Origin: Camelus dromedarius
Taxonomy: Eukaryota
Length of the DNA: 64,000 nucleotides
Assembly: GCF_036321535.1 (NCBI RefSeq)
Contig: NC_087437.1
Location: 62,188,001-62,252,000 of the forward strand
Direction: 5' to 3'
Positions within the stretch are counted from its first letter, which is position 1, and each line of letters opens with the position of its first letter. Both the position numbers and the translations under genes were made by a program. Below the pieces are notes generated by a model that was not told where the DNA came from, made no database searches, and saw nothing but the letters and a program-made list of their open reading frames with translations. Shown here piece by piece: positions 1-13,677 of this stretch.

Positions 1-699
1 GTCAAGACTGTAATCACTGTGTGGATTATACCTGAGATTCAAGGACCCACTTGTGAAAACCTGAATGACGGTTTTTAAACAAAAGGTTTCTGAGTTTTTT
101 GGGAAGTTGCTTGGGATGATACTGTAGGAGAGATATGAAGAAGGTATTTTCTCTTGGTGGATTGCTGCAGTGTGATTTGTGCCCTGGTGTCACAGTAAAT
201 ACTGGCGAATACTCCTTCTCTCGGGCAGGTGTGACCTTCTGGGCTGCTACTTTATCACAGCAGTCAGATGCTGTGACTTAACACTGCAGACACCCTCCCA
301 AGTGACTGTGAGAGCTTTCTTCCCCCACGTTTGAGAGATCACAGGCTTTAGAGAAACAAGTTTTAGGTATCACTCTAGGGAAAACTGTGACTCCATGCTT
401 GAAATATGTGGGAATAGTATCTAAGAAAAAGCTTAAGTTGTCTAAAGTGGATCCTCTTATGGGCATCAGGGCTCTCGAGGATTGAAAACAAGCAGAGAAG
501 CAGTTTACTTAGAAATGAAACCTTAGGTTGAAATGGGAAGATGCACTTATCCCTGAAAAGATTTTTCACTGTGCGTTTTAAAGTTTTGTCTTGTTAACAT
601 TCGTTCTGTGACTCCTTCATTGCTGCCACCTTGTCCTTCCTTTCCCTCATTGTCTCTGTTTCTCATTGTCCCCACCCCACCTTTATTTCTCTCTCTCTC

Positions 700-1290
700 C
701 CACTCTAATCAATTAATCCCAAAACTTCCTGAGTGCCACTGTGTGCAGACCCGATGCTGGAGGTTTAAGATACACACAAGAATGAGGCATCGTCTCTCCC
801 CTAACCGGATAATTGCCATATGCTGACTAAGTGTTATAAAGGAAAATGTATGAGTTACTGGTGGAGAACAGTGGAAGGACCAGTATATCGGGGTGTCATA
901 GAGTTCACGTAGAAGGCGATATTTGAGTAGATCTTGGAGGTTATGCAAGAGTTCGCCTGGTGATAAACTGGGGATACTGAGCCCAAGGAAAGGGAACAGT
1001 GTAAGTGGAGACACAGAGGTGAGAAGTGCATGGAAAATTTCAGAAAGTACAGGAAGTTAGGTGTGCTGGAGCTTGGGTGCTGGGGCAGGGTGGGGAAGTG
1101 AGGGCAAGAAGGAAGTAAGGCTCAGGGTCAAGGATGAGTCATGTCCTGAGGTGGGGGCGGTGGAACATGAGGAGGCAGAGGGAAGCTCAGGAAGCGCTCA
1201 GGCGTGGAGTTGCCCCTGTGGATCCCAGGGCTTCCAAGGTCAGCTTGTGCCACGGGCCTTGGTGACAGATGGAACATTAGCTTGTCTCTG
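700..1290 (-). mobile_element. L2 LINE 3' fragment (old)
   Basis: Begins with a degenerate L2 3'-end pattern (ctgagtgccactgtgtgcagacccgatgctgg) followed by a purine-rich L2-like body; edges approximate. Confidence 0.6.
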
Positions 1291-1654
1291 TTGAGAGGAC
1301 AGCCAGAGTTGACAGCTCTGTCTCCTTCTGCCTCCTCTGAGGGTCTCCCGCTCCATTCTTGCTGAGAGGGTCGCCTGGTTGGGTGGGGTCTCAGGGGAAA
1401 TCTCTCGGACAGTGGACCCCTCAGGACCAGCCTCTGCGTGGTCACCTTTGGCTCAGGCTCCCATTTCTGTTTCAGAGATTATGTCCAGGAAATGAGAGTC
1501 ATGGAGTATTCGGAGATCTTGGGGCAGACATCAATGCTCATGGCCCACATCCTCGAAAGATGTAAGCGTGGAGGCATTAAGGGTTTCCTTGATTATCCAG
1601 TACAGAGAGGCCAGGGTTATCCCATGGGCCAGGAGGAGCTCTCCAGTTTGAACT

Positions 1655-1798
1655 GTTTTTTAAACAACAGTAATTAATTTTCTGATGGTTCTAAAGGCTA
1701 GAAGTCCAAGATGAAGATTCCAACTGATTTGGCTCCTGATGAGGGACTCTGGCTTGCACACGGCCAGCTTCTCTCTATGTCCCCACATAGCCTTTCCT

Positions 1799-1836
<38 letters not shown>

Positions 1837-2084
1837 ATGCGTACCTGTACATGTGTGGGTGGGTAGGGAGAGAAAGAGGGAGAGAACGAGCGTGTGCACA
1901 CTAGTTCCCTGGTGTCTTCTGCTAAGGCACTAATTCCATCTGATCAGGGCCCCACTCATAACCTCACTTAACCTTATTGACCTCCTTGGAGGCCCCATCT
2001 CCAAGTATAACCACATTAGGGGTTTGGGGATTCAACATATGAATTCAAAGGATGGGGTGGGGATACAAACATTCAGTCTGTAGC
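1655..2084 (-). mobile_element. MaLR LTR (MLT1A-like) containing a (GT)n tract
   Basis: Typical MLT1 segments 'ggctagaagtccaagatgaag', 'gccccatctccaagtataaccacattaggg' and 'caaacattcagtctgtagca'. Confidence 0.8.
1801..1834. repeat. (GT)17 microsatellite
   Basis: Read directly from the sequence. Confidence 0.98.
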
Positions 2085-5000
2085 AGACGGTGTATACCAA
2101 ATTACAATTCTATTTTATTGAGAATAACACATTTAATTTTAAAATATGAAATATAAAGTCTATTTCTTTATAGTCTTTTTTCTATCCCTTCTTTTTTTTA
2201 CATAATTGAGCTCACACAATATATAGTATTTTTTAAATTAAAATAAATGTAGCAACATTCAGAAGTCCCAGATGGAATGTAACATAAACATGGGCTTCAT
2301 GACATGTCCTATCTTGAGAATTTTTCTTAGTTTTTCTAGTTAGAAAAGCAAACAAATAAACAGAATAACCAGGACTAACTTAAAACTCCACATGAGTTTT
2401 AAAGATGCAGAAAACGTAAAAGCTGAGCAAGGTCAGTAGGCTTTTCTCTTCAGTGAGGAAGCTGCAGATCAGGTGGGAAGCCATGCCTGGGCTGAGTGCG
2501 GGCACTTGCGGAGAGGGAGGGAAGGCGGGGGGGCCCGTCAGTGGCGGCTGTGGTCCGGGCAGGAGGAAACCCAGCCTGGACAGACGCGGTAGAGGTAGGG
2601 TAGAGACGAGGATCAGATGCAATTTGGGAAACGATTTTGTGATCTCATCCTCTTAACTTGGTTTTAAAAACTTCTTTCTTTTTTCCAACCCCTCCCTCCC
2701 CACCCCACCTCCCTCTCTACCCACATGTCACCACAAAACATGCACACACTCCTTAAAGGCAAGCAAACAACATTTTTTTAAACCAGTGAGACCCTTGACT
2801 GATTTTTCTCTTGTTAGTTTCTGATCCAAAATAATAAACAGAGATTGTGCTGTAAATATTTGTCTTATCCCACACCACCGGCTGTGTGAATGGACACACA
2901 CATAAACCCGTGCACAGGGTCACATGCACTGCGGACCTGGCCGCCTGGAATACTCTGTACAAAGCACCCAGCTCAGCGCCGGCACACGAACCCAAACATT
3001 GCACTCCTTCCCGTAAACCTTGGCCAGCCCCAGCCATGATCCAGTGACTAAAGCCTGCTCACTCTGAACTCAGTTCATTTGCATGGTGTCTAGTATGCTT
3101 TGTGTTTTCAGTCTTTTTCACATGCATCCTCTCTCGTTGGACAGCAGGCTCCCTAATTAGCTCACCCACATGCACCACGAGAGCGTGACTAGACAGCCGG
3201 GCTGGGGTCTCTGGATTATCACTCTGCGTGGCCGGCATTTGCATGTGAAAATAGTGTCTGCCTCCCAGTCTGTGGCCCAAACAACAGTCCCTTTCACCCT
3301 GAACTCAGGGTCTAGAGATGTGAAGGGGAAAACTTCCCCTGCTTCTCCAAGGATTTGTGTCACTTTCCTGAAAAATTAGGACTATCGAGTTATGAAGGGT
3401 TTTCTTTCCTTGCAAGACTAAGCCTAATGATTAAGAAAAGTGGTTCATAAACTGTTACGCAGCTCTTAATACTTCCCCACTTAGGTCTAAAGGCCATCAG
3501 ATTTTTATGTCTACATCAGGTGGTGCCTTACAGAAATCTTGTCATGCTCTTGTCAGACATTCTTCATCAAATGGCCCAGGCACAATAAATGTTTTTTGGA
3601 ACACTAACTATATTTCTGCTTATAAATAGAGGGAAAAAAAGTGAAATAATTTCTGAAGAAGAGAGTAAGTTGTGGATCAATTCACATTGCTACAGATTTC
3701 CTGAATTTAAGATCTGAAGACGGCGAGTGACCTAGGAAGGTGATAACAGCTAATGTTTACAGAGCACCCTCTGGGTGCCAGCACTGTACTGAGCATCTTA
3801 CACCCCCCTTTATCCTTACATAGCCATGGGGTCCATGAAGATGAGGAAAATAAGGTTCAGAGAGGTTATCTTGCCCACGGTCACACAGCTAGTAAGCTGC
3901 AGAGCCAGGATTTGCACATGGCATCTGACCTCAGGGTCCATGTCCTTCGTAACCAGCAAGCTCACGCTGCTCCTGGCCACTCTACTGACTGAGCAAGGAA
4001 ACAAGCAGGACACTTACGGCACGACATTTAACGTGCATTTGGACCAGCTGCTAAATAGGAAAGTGGAAGGGCGACTAGAGTTAGCGTTCTGCTTTGGGAG
4101 ACATGAAGCCAGGGGCCTCTCAACCACTGTCTGTGGGACTCTGGGCCCGGACCCTGCCATCTGCGGTCTCAGTCACCTCAAAGCAAACTTGGTTTTGGAT
4201 TCATCATTTGTTAGAGGTCAGTGGGCTGTGGTCCCTTCCCGACCTAACCCCTCATCTGCTAGTGCGCAGGGCGGGCGCCATGGAAGGACGCCGGCCGAGA
4301 GCAGCACACTCCGTCGGGGGTTGGGGTAGGAGGGCTTTTACCTGTTTCCTCACCTGTCAGACAAAGAGGCTTCTTCTCGCTCCCATGGTTGGTGCTCCAG
4401 TTATATCCGGCTCACAGCTCCGGGCAGAACTCCGTATGACACCGCCTGCCTGCCTCCTCGTGCTTCCCTCGTGCCTCCCGGCCTGCAAAACGTGTCCCCA
4501 GTGGGAAAGCACCAGCACGTGCTAAAGGGAGGGAGGAGGGTTTCACCGTGGGCCGTCCTTTGGAGTCTCTGAGAACGACAAGCGAAAGCTTCAGAAACAG
4601 CATGAGAGCTGGTGGAAGGTGAGAGAGTTTGGCAGGCAGCTGCGGAAAGCCCTCTCTGTGTTGGATTCTGGGGATGCCCAGAGCTGACAGGAAATGCGGA
4701 GGTCATCGTTTTAAGCTGTAGGAGCCTCCGGGTTGGGAATCGCGTCTTACTGCCTTTCCCCCAGCATCTTAGAAAGGACCTGGCACGTGGCTGGGTCTCA
4801 GTCACACGTTGCTGAGTGATTGACTGGGAAAGGAATCAGAGCAGCCAGATGCCAGTAAGGCAGAGGGACACAGTCCTAGAAGACGCTGGTCAGGAGTCTC
4901 CAAAGTGGAGTTGGGGGTGGGGGGAGCATCTGCTGGCAGGGCCAGCGCACTGCACACACACCTCCTTCTGCCTCCCCTGCTGTCTTCCTTCCATCCACCA

Positions 5001-6378
5001 ATCAGTAACAGCCAGCTGCTACTGAAGCCCCCAGGGTGCCAGGAGTGAGGCTCCAGGATACAGTGGAGACTAAAATGGATATGGTCCCTGTCCTCCTGCG
5101 TCATGGCGATGACGAGGGAGGATCGTTGTTAATGACAATGATGTGCTTTAGGGTTAGTGCTACCAAGACACGGGCTCCTACTAGCTGTGTGGCTGTAGGC
5201 AAGTCACTGAAACCCTCTGAGTTCTCTCATCTGTAAAATGGCAATAAGTACCTCCCTGGAAGGATGTTTTTTAGGATTATAAATAATGGTGCATGTCAAT
5301 AGTGGCTTTTTCCCTTTGAGTTTGTGTGTGTGTGTTGCGGGGGTCTCTTTCTGTCCCCAGCTGCTTTCTAGAAAATGAGTACTTACCGAATACTGTAGAG
5401 AGTAACTTTTTGGTTTTATTATTTGGATCGCAATTTATTTTATTAAACTTCTTCCTGCTCTTCTTAAACTGGCAGAAACCAAAAGGTGAGATTTCTTAAG
5501 GTATAACACCTTTTAATCCCGGTTGCAGAATATCATTAGAAACATTCAAAAGTAAACAAAATAATAAATTCAAACAGTAACTCTGTAATTACTATCCAAA
5601 TGAACACCATTGGGAACTTAAACATGCCAGATGCGATCATTATATGAGCAGGTAGGTAGGGCAGGTCCTCCAGTTTCTACAGCCAGGGAGGAAGTACAGC
5701 TGTGGCCTAAAACAGACTAATGGTAGCAACCAAACCAAGCCTAGATATATTTTTATTTTTTCTCAAATTTCTATCTGAAGTAAAAGGAAAATCCTTTTGC
5801 TTTCTCGTGCTGCGCTGGCTCAGGGGGAAGCCACTTTTCAGAGCCCCGCCCCCTTGGAGTTACTCCACAAGCCAGTGCCTGCTGCGTGGACGGGTGTGCT
5901 CACTCCGTGCACACAGGGTGCCCGGGGAGGAGGCCTGGGAGACTGGCCTCCAGTCCTGGCCCTGTCACTGCCTCACTCTGTGACCTTGTCTGTGCGCCAA
6001 TTTCCTCACCTGGACCAGAGATAGAGAATAATGATAGCTGCCTCACAGATTGTTTCGAGATTAAATGAGGTGGTAAACCTTATTCCCTCAATTCTCAGAG
6101 ACCACCAACTTGACGACACACCAAATTTTCAGGTGGAAAAAAGCATCCCATTAAGTCTATATGTTGATGTAAGACAGCCAATTTTCAGGAAATCAAAGTG
6201 TAAAAAAGAAAAAAAATCACACTCAAATTGAGAGATGCTTGACTAAAGTAAGGCAGTCTTATTATCGGGGACATCCCTCTGTGTTGGAGGAGCCACAATC
6301 TGTGTCCTAATGTCCCCGTCACTGCCCCTCTGCTGAGCAGTCTGAAATGGAGCTGCCTTTCCAGCATTTCTCCTGGTG

Positions 6379-6760
6379 CCCCGCCCCCACCAATCAGATG
6401 CCAAGCCCAGAGCGGGTGAGCTTGGGCACATCGTGGTTTCCTGTTTGTGTGGATGATCCACCTTGTAGAGAATCAGAAAATACATCAGCAGTTTCTTCAG
6501 GACCGAGCAATCCCTCCCCTTCTGTAAGTTTCTTTTATACCTGACCTAGTGCCTCCCAACCATTTTCATGTCGCTGCACAACCAGAAAATTATAATATTT
6601 GTACAAGACTCCGGGGTAAGGGGAGGAGCTATTGGGCCAAGAGGTCAAAATCCTCGTCATCTGGACCCATTCAGGCCACTCCAGCGTGGCCGCCTCCTCC
6701 AGTTAGTTTCTACAACGAACGAGGGGGGAGGAGGGGGGGAGGAGGAGAGGAATGAGGCCC
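6379..6760. promoter_or_regulatory. Candidate intronic promoter/enhancer (GC-box plus CCAAT, GA-rich tract)
   Basis: CCCCGCCCCC (6379-6388) abuts CCAATCAG (6390-6397); a second ATTGG at 6631 and a G/A-rich tract at 6721-6750. Motif evidence only. Confidence 0.3.
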
Positions 6761-6899
6761 GGAAAAGGAAACCCTGGTGATGTTCACTGGTGTTCACTGG
6801 AGAATTTTAAGAGCCTCTTATTTTTTCAAAGCATTTTTACAATAATGGTCTGATATCTTGATCAAAATACCCTGTCGACCATGGGTACCATAAACGAAC

Positions 6900-7045
6900 A
6901 AGCTCAGAACCACTGTCAGAACCCCTGGGGAGGCTCACTAGTAGAATCATGTATGTTTCCTAATGGCCCAAGGCCTGGGAATCTGAATTGTAAAAGTACT
7001 CCAGGTGATTCTTCCTGTGCTGACAGATCTAGGAACCACTGCCTT
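6900..7045. mobile_element. MER5-type hAT-Charlie MITE fragment
   Basis: 'ggcctgggaatctgaattgtaaaagtactccaggtgattct...ggaaccactgcctta' resembles the MER5A consensus. Confidence 0.6.
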
Positions 7046-10000
7046 AGAGGCCCTTGGTCGGTTCCACCTGGCTCTATACCTTTTATGCCCCGTGTGTTCA
7101 TTTACCTTTTCTACTCCGTAAAGGTAGCCTTTCTGATGCAGTGGTCCAAACCTAGTAACAGGGCACCTTACCCGGGAGCCCAGTCCTGCCCCCGGTGTGT
7201 GAGGAGGAGGCCACAATGAGCAGGGAATCTGCAGATCTGCTGGGCCAGGAGCTTGGCCTCCCAGGCTTGCAATTTTCTACAAGACCAATGTGTCTTAGAG
7301 ACTGGTCTGGAGACTGCCTGCACTGGGGTGACTTAGACACTTGTTAAAAAATATCTGAACCAGACTCTCAAATTTTGACCTAGTCACCTGCATTTTAAGC
7401 CAGCACATTGGTAATTCTTATGCACATTCAGATCGGGGAGCTACTGCATGTGTGTGACTTAATCCCTTTGATCTGCAAAGGGTTGATTTCAAGGTAAGCC
7501 CACACTGTTACCTGGGCCAAAGGCAGACCTTTGCATAATAACCACCCATGCACACAGCTGGCTCCTTTGAGTAGTGAACCTTGCTTCTAGTACCACTGTT
7601 GGGATAGTAACAAGGAGAGGGTGTTTAGGTCCCAGAATTCTATCAGTGAAGCCAGTGGTATAGTTAACAGCCTGATGTGATGGCTTGAATACTTGTAAGA
7701 TTCAACACATCCACCTCTATCTTAGTTTAATCTGGCAGTGGGGGTGTTTTTGCTCTGGCCTTTAGGGTCTCTCAGTCAGGGTGGAGCTTCTAGAGTAAGT
7801 GTTTTTAACAGGATCCATGAGCCCCTGAAATTGCAGGCAAAATTTTATGTGAATAAGTATATTTTTCTAGGAGAAGATCCAGAACTACTGCCAGATTCTT
7901 AAAGGCATCTTTGACCCCCAAAGGGGAAAGATTAAGGATTTGAACAGAGGAATTTTTAAGGATTAGAACAGCGAGGAACTGTAAACAAAGGCTCAGGCCT
8001 GGATAAGGATTTCTGAACTTTTGCAAACCGAACCAGCAAAATTGTGATCTCCAGCATTCCTTGAAACACACCTGATTTCTCTCCTCCCTTTTTCCTGCCT
8101 CATTCTTTCTTCCTTTTGGGTGGTCAGTCTTTCTCTGTTTTTCCTCCTCCATCTTTCCCCCTCTCTTTCCTGTGTCCATTTGGTCATCCCTCTCCCATCC
8201 GCTCACTTACTCACCTAAGTAGAAAGCAGAGCACATTCTTTTGTTTGTTCTGCCTATGGAATAACATTCTGTGTTGGTGGTTCTTGTATTTAAAGTTAGG
8301 GGAGACGAAACTTTACCATTTGTCTGGTAGAACATTTAGGTACCCTGACTTTCTGGCTTTGGGGGTCCAGGCCTTGATAGGAGGTTTTCTGGGGGCAGTG
8401 GTCCTCACTCCTGCCTGGCTGGAGGAGGGAGAGGGACAGGCAACTTGTTCTGAGTTTGCCTCTGATGAAAAAAGAGTGACCAGAATCCCAGGCCTCTGGC
8501 TCCAAGGCCCTCCTTCTCTCGGCATTGGATTATTTTCATTTGCTGGCTTTGGCTGTGGAAAGCAGAGAAAGGAACCGTTAGGCCGAGGGGACCCGGTCAC
8601 GGCTGCAGAAGGAAACCAGAGCTAGCGCTGCCGGGCTCCGTCCCTGCGTCTGCTCCAGCTCCATGAGCAGGAGGGGGCTTGGCTCGCCAGGCTCCCTGGC
8701 CAGCGGTCTGGGGGTAGATGCCTGAAGTATGAAATCATGGGCTTGGGAGGGCCTTCTCACTGCTGGGCCGCGCCTGCCTCGCCCCAAGCAGCTGGGAGTT
8801 CCAGGGAAGTGGCGGGTGACACCCTGAGGGATGGGCTCGAGTCTCCTGCCTCTGCTCCTCCCTCCTAGCAGAAGGGGGCCTCTGGCTGTGGGAGGCGAGA
8901 AGGATGCACTCTGCGTGGCTGTGAAGGGGCAAAGGGTGGCATTTTGCCTCAGGCATTTTGGGGGCACTTACTGAGTTGAGAGGCATTTTCGTGGATCTGT
9001 GAGGGGCATAAGGGCAGGAAGACATGTCCTCAAGTCACTCACATTCGGGTAGGGAGTGAGGTGGCCATCTCCAGCCACAGAGAACCAGCTAGACACTCCC
9101 AGGCCGACAGTGGGTGGTGCAGAGAGGGCCAGCTGAGCTGGGCTGGGCTCCGGGAGGCTGGTCTGGGTGCTGTGACCTTGGAGCCTGCGGGTGCTGCCAG
9201 CGGGGAGTGATTTGCTGTGGGTGCCTTTGGCAGGAGAATGCTGCCTCCTGGGGGCTGACGGTAGATGAAGCCCCAAATCATGAACTCCAGGTCCCTGACA
9301 GGTCAGCGCTAGAGGTTCCCAAGCTTGTGGCAGGAGGGACCCTAAGCCTGCTCACCATCTAATTTATTTGTCTTTCCAGTACCAGGCTTAATGCTTGCTG
9401 GGGGCCGGACCATGCAAATTCACCTTCAGGGCCGTGATCTGAAGAAATAGTGAGCCCTCTGCCACAGGGTTAGCCCAACCCCAGCACACAGGCTCTGGAC
9501 CCCAGGCCAGCTCCAGACAACGGAGCAGCCCCTAGAATACCACCCCGGGGATTGCATTTGCCAGTGAATTTCTGGGCCCCATAGAGAGTTGACAAGTGAC
9601 TGTAAGTGTTGGCCCGATTTGAAAGATTGCATCATATTTACTACAATTGTCAGAGCCATGGCTTTGGACTCAGACCTCTGTGTTCAAATTCCAGCCCAGC
9701 TCTAACTCATTGCATGGACTTGGTCGAGTTAGTTAACCCTTCTGACCGCTCTCCTCATTTCTGAGGAGCAGGTAATAACGCCTGCTTTACTGGGTTGTCT
9801 GAGCATAACATAGGATAATATATGTAAGAGGCCTAGTGTCATAGCTGGCATGGAATGGGTGCGTAATAAATAATAATTATCATTATCGTTGTTCATCCTG
9901 GAAGAGTAGGTCCTGGGAGGCCCCTGGGTTATAGTCTAAGACAGCGCTTCTCAAGCTGCAAGACCTGGGGATCCTGTGAGAATAAAGGTTCCATCCACAG

Positions 10001-10749
10001 GTGGGGGCAGGGGAGGGGAGAGCCGAGATTCTGCAGTTCTCACCGGCTCTCAGTGGTGGTGATGCTGACGCTGACGCTGCTGGCCCCAGACCAGACTTCA
10101 CGTATCAGGGGAGGGGCGCATCATCCAAGTCCCCTAGAGGAGCGTCCCTGGCCTACTTTCTCTTTGCTCTCACCCAGGACAGCCCAGTTAAAGGCATGTT
10201 TATTCCAGGCCAGCTCTCATTAAGTGGGACCCACCACTCCCAGGCCTGGGTCCCAGTGACCAGGAGAACATGTGCCAAAAAACAAGATTGGGACAGTGCC
10301 CTTGACTCTGCTGAAGTTTTCTGTGTCGTTGAGAAATCACAGTCTGTGCTTCTCAACAGCTCTGCCTCAAAGCCCCCCACCTGTGACCCCTAAATAAAAC
10401 CCCATGATTTCTAGACATCAGCAGAGGATCCACCTGAGCTCCTGAGAACATGCTGCTGCCTGCCCAGGCCAGCCCAGAGGAGTCTTGCGCGGTCAGGTGT
10501 TTCACTGGCAGCCTCACTGGCCTTGCGGCAGCTGAGAGCCATAGCTTACACTCTTCTGCTTCTGTCCCAGGAGGCGGCTTGCTGTGGCGGGAGAGTCGGG
10601 GTCCACATCTGGGACTACTCTGTACCTGCAGCTTTGCCGCTCCCTCTCTGATCAGCCTTGGCCGGAAAGCTTCCTATATTCTCTATTCCATACCCTCAAA
10701 GCAGAGAGGAGCCCAGGCCAGAAGCAGGGATGCTGGAGGTGGTCCCTTG

Positions 10750-11200
10750 CTTATTTGTTTTTATTGTGGAAATATATATATAGCATAAAATTTGCCATTT
10801 TAACCATTCTAAAATGTGCAATTCAGTGGCATTAGCTATATTCACCATGTTGTACAACCCTCGCAACTATCTGCTTCTAAAACATTTTCATCACCCCAAG
10901 CAAAAGCTACTTCTATGAAGCAAAAACTCCCCCTTCCTCCCCCCAGCCCTGGATGGGCCTCTATTCTATTTTGCCTCTATGAATTTACCTATTCCAGATA
11001 CTTCACGTAAGTGGAATTGTACAATACTTGTCCTTCTGTGGTTTTTCCACTTAGCGTAATGTTTTCGAGACTCATCTGTGTTGGAGCAGCGTCAGCACTT
11101 CGTTCTTTGTGGTGGCTGAAGAGTACTCAGTGTACAGATATGCCGTGTGCCGTTTGTCTGCTCATCTGTTGATGCACACTGGGGTTGTGTCTGTGGCTTA
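10750..11200 (-). mobile_element. Old L1 (L1MB-like) 3' fragment
   Basis: 'aaaatttgccattttaaccattctaaaatgtgcaattcagtggcattag' is the reverse complement of an L1MB 3' end. Confidence 0.8.
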
Positions 11201-13677
11201 TTAATAAAGTATTAAAGCTTTTGCATACCCCGTGGGTCTAGGCCATGGAGACACACCAGAAATAAGACAGCATGGTTCCTCCCCCGACCTGGCAGGTAAC
11301 AGGCAGTGACAGCAGAGACAAGTGTCATCAAAGGGCCCGTGGAGGCCCAAAGGACACATTGGATGGGGGTTCTGGTCTTGCCTGACCAGTTGCTAACTTC
11401 GTGGTGTGGGGTTCTCCTTTTTTGGGCCTCAGTCTTCCTGTTTATAAAATGAACTGAAGACTAAAGACCCCTGCAGCAGTCTTCTATGGGCCAGACAGTC
11501 TATGGTCCTGTGATACTGAGTCTTCTGCTCTGGGATTCCATTTCTTTTTTGGGTTGTGCTTGAGGTGGTGGGGAGAACTGCCCATGGCTGCAGAATGGGG
11601 AATGTGGGAGTCTGGATATTTCCAGCATGATGCTTGGCAGGAGGGTGGCCCTGCTTGCATAACTGTCTATGCTGACTGCCCCCTGCAGGGGGCCCCCTGT
11701 CCTCCCACCCCCTGCTCAGCTGCCTGCCTGGAGAGTGTCCAGGCAATGGGGTGGGGAGTGACTCCCAGGTCAGAAAGCTGAACCCCCACGGAGATTGGAG
11801 CTGTGGGGGGCAGCTGATGTGGGGGACCCCCAGTTGGGTTAAATTATTTGGGGGGATACAGGAGGGTGTACACCAGAGGCAGGGACAGTCAGAAGGAGTA
11901 AGTGGTGGCTGGGAGGAACCCACAGCCTGGGTGGAGACTTCCTGTCAAAACAGCCTCTTATCCTGGCGGGAGAGTGCATTCCTTTCCCCCAGGAGATAAG
12001 AAGGCCAGATTTTCCTTTCTCAGGGCTCCTTTGAGCTGAAAGTGGTGTTGGGCAGGCCAGTGGGGGCCCTGTGGGCTAGGGGGTGGGGGCTCTGTAGTCC
12101 CCTCCGTCTGGCCTGACCAGCTGGGCTCCTGGCTCCCCTCCCAGATGATCTGCAGCCTTAGGTTGGGTCTGGTCTCCTCCCTGTGCTCTCATTTCCTTAC
12201 CTGACAAATGCACCTACCTCATCAGGAGGTTGTGAGCGGATATATAGAGAGCACTTGGAACAGTGCCCGGCACAAACCCTTGTTCAGCGTCGGTGACAAT
12301 CCCTGTTATTGTCTCAAGATACTTCTTTGTGTCCTGGGTCCAGGTGAGGTGTGAGTTCCTTAACATTCTAGGGCCTCTCCAGGGGAAAATCTCTTCTCAT
12401 CTCAACTTGCTGACCCCAAGGCCGTTATAAGGAAAGTTTCGATAAGCATTTAAAATAGAGCCCATGTCAGAGGATGGAACAAGTTCTTGGATGTTAGAAT
12501 TCATTCTTCATCAGGAAAAGGTTCATCGTCCCTTTCGTAAGTGAGGAATCCTTTGCTCAGAAGGAACTCCAGGACTGGCCGCCTGAGATTGTAAGGGTTG
12601 GCAGGAGCTTCTCTTCTTACTGGAAACTTTCAGCCACCCCCTCCCAAGGGGGCTGCCCTGACATCCCCCCAACCCAGGCACTTCATGCCCTGGGTTTCCC
12701 GGCCCTGGGGGCTTTTCCAGCTGTTCCGGACAGCCAGTTGTCCTGGAGGGTGGAGGCCTTCCCTGGGGGCCTGGAGGCTCCAGGCGGCTCCTCCCTGCGC
12801 CCTTTGGGCAGGCCCAGCCCCACTTCACACTTCCCTTCTGGCCACTGCTGGAATGCCCAGCCCTCCCTCTGTGTATTTTCTCTCTGGGTGGGGGCCTCGG
12901 AGCTGGAAACCCTGCTCACATCCTCACTCCACCCTCCCTTTGGAGGACCAAACTCAAGAGGGCTGAAGCCAGAGACGGGGTTGTGGTCTGGGGAAGGCTC
13001 CTGGCTCACTGCCCAGAAGTCCCATGGGGAGGGAAATCCGCGCTGTGGGTGGCTGCTTGGGGTCCTCTTCCAAAGCCATCACTATTGCCTCTTCCATCCC
13101 TCCAGTCCACCATCAGTACAGTCCAAGCCAATACAGCCTGATCCAGTTCAATTTCACAGTATCTCTATGGCACCTATAGTGGACTGGCCTGTTGTCACCC
13201 ACTTGACTGGGAGAGTCCAGCAGATGGGGACTTAGTATTTGGTGGACTCTAAATGGGACTGGAAACTAGGGTTACTTCCCACTTTCAACTCATGCCTTTT
13301 GAGTAGCTGGCTTCTGTCTCTGAGCTGCAGTTGCCTCCATTGTTAAAATGGGCCAGTGAATTAGAGCTTGAAGCTTTCAGTATCTGCACTAATGGACGGC
13401 ACCTGTGACTGTAATAATGGACTATCTAGAGGCAGTACTCGTAACTCATAATTGCTGTGTTTCATGAACAGATTAAAAATGTGGTAGTGACCTCAGTTCA
13501 CAGTCTGGAGCACACCTTGTACCAACAGCCACAGAGAAAGGGATGGGTAATAGGAGGTAGGGGGCAGTGCTGACAAGTTCTGGAAGCTGGTTTGGAATTT
13601 TACATCTGCCGCTGGAAATCAATGGCGGATTGGGACTATGTGCCCTGAGTCTTGAGAATGGGCTTCTGGCTGGCAAC

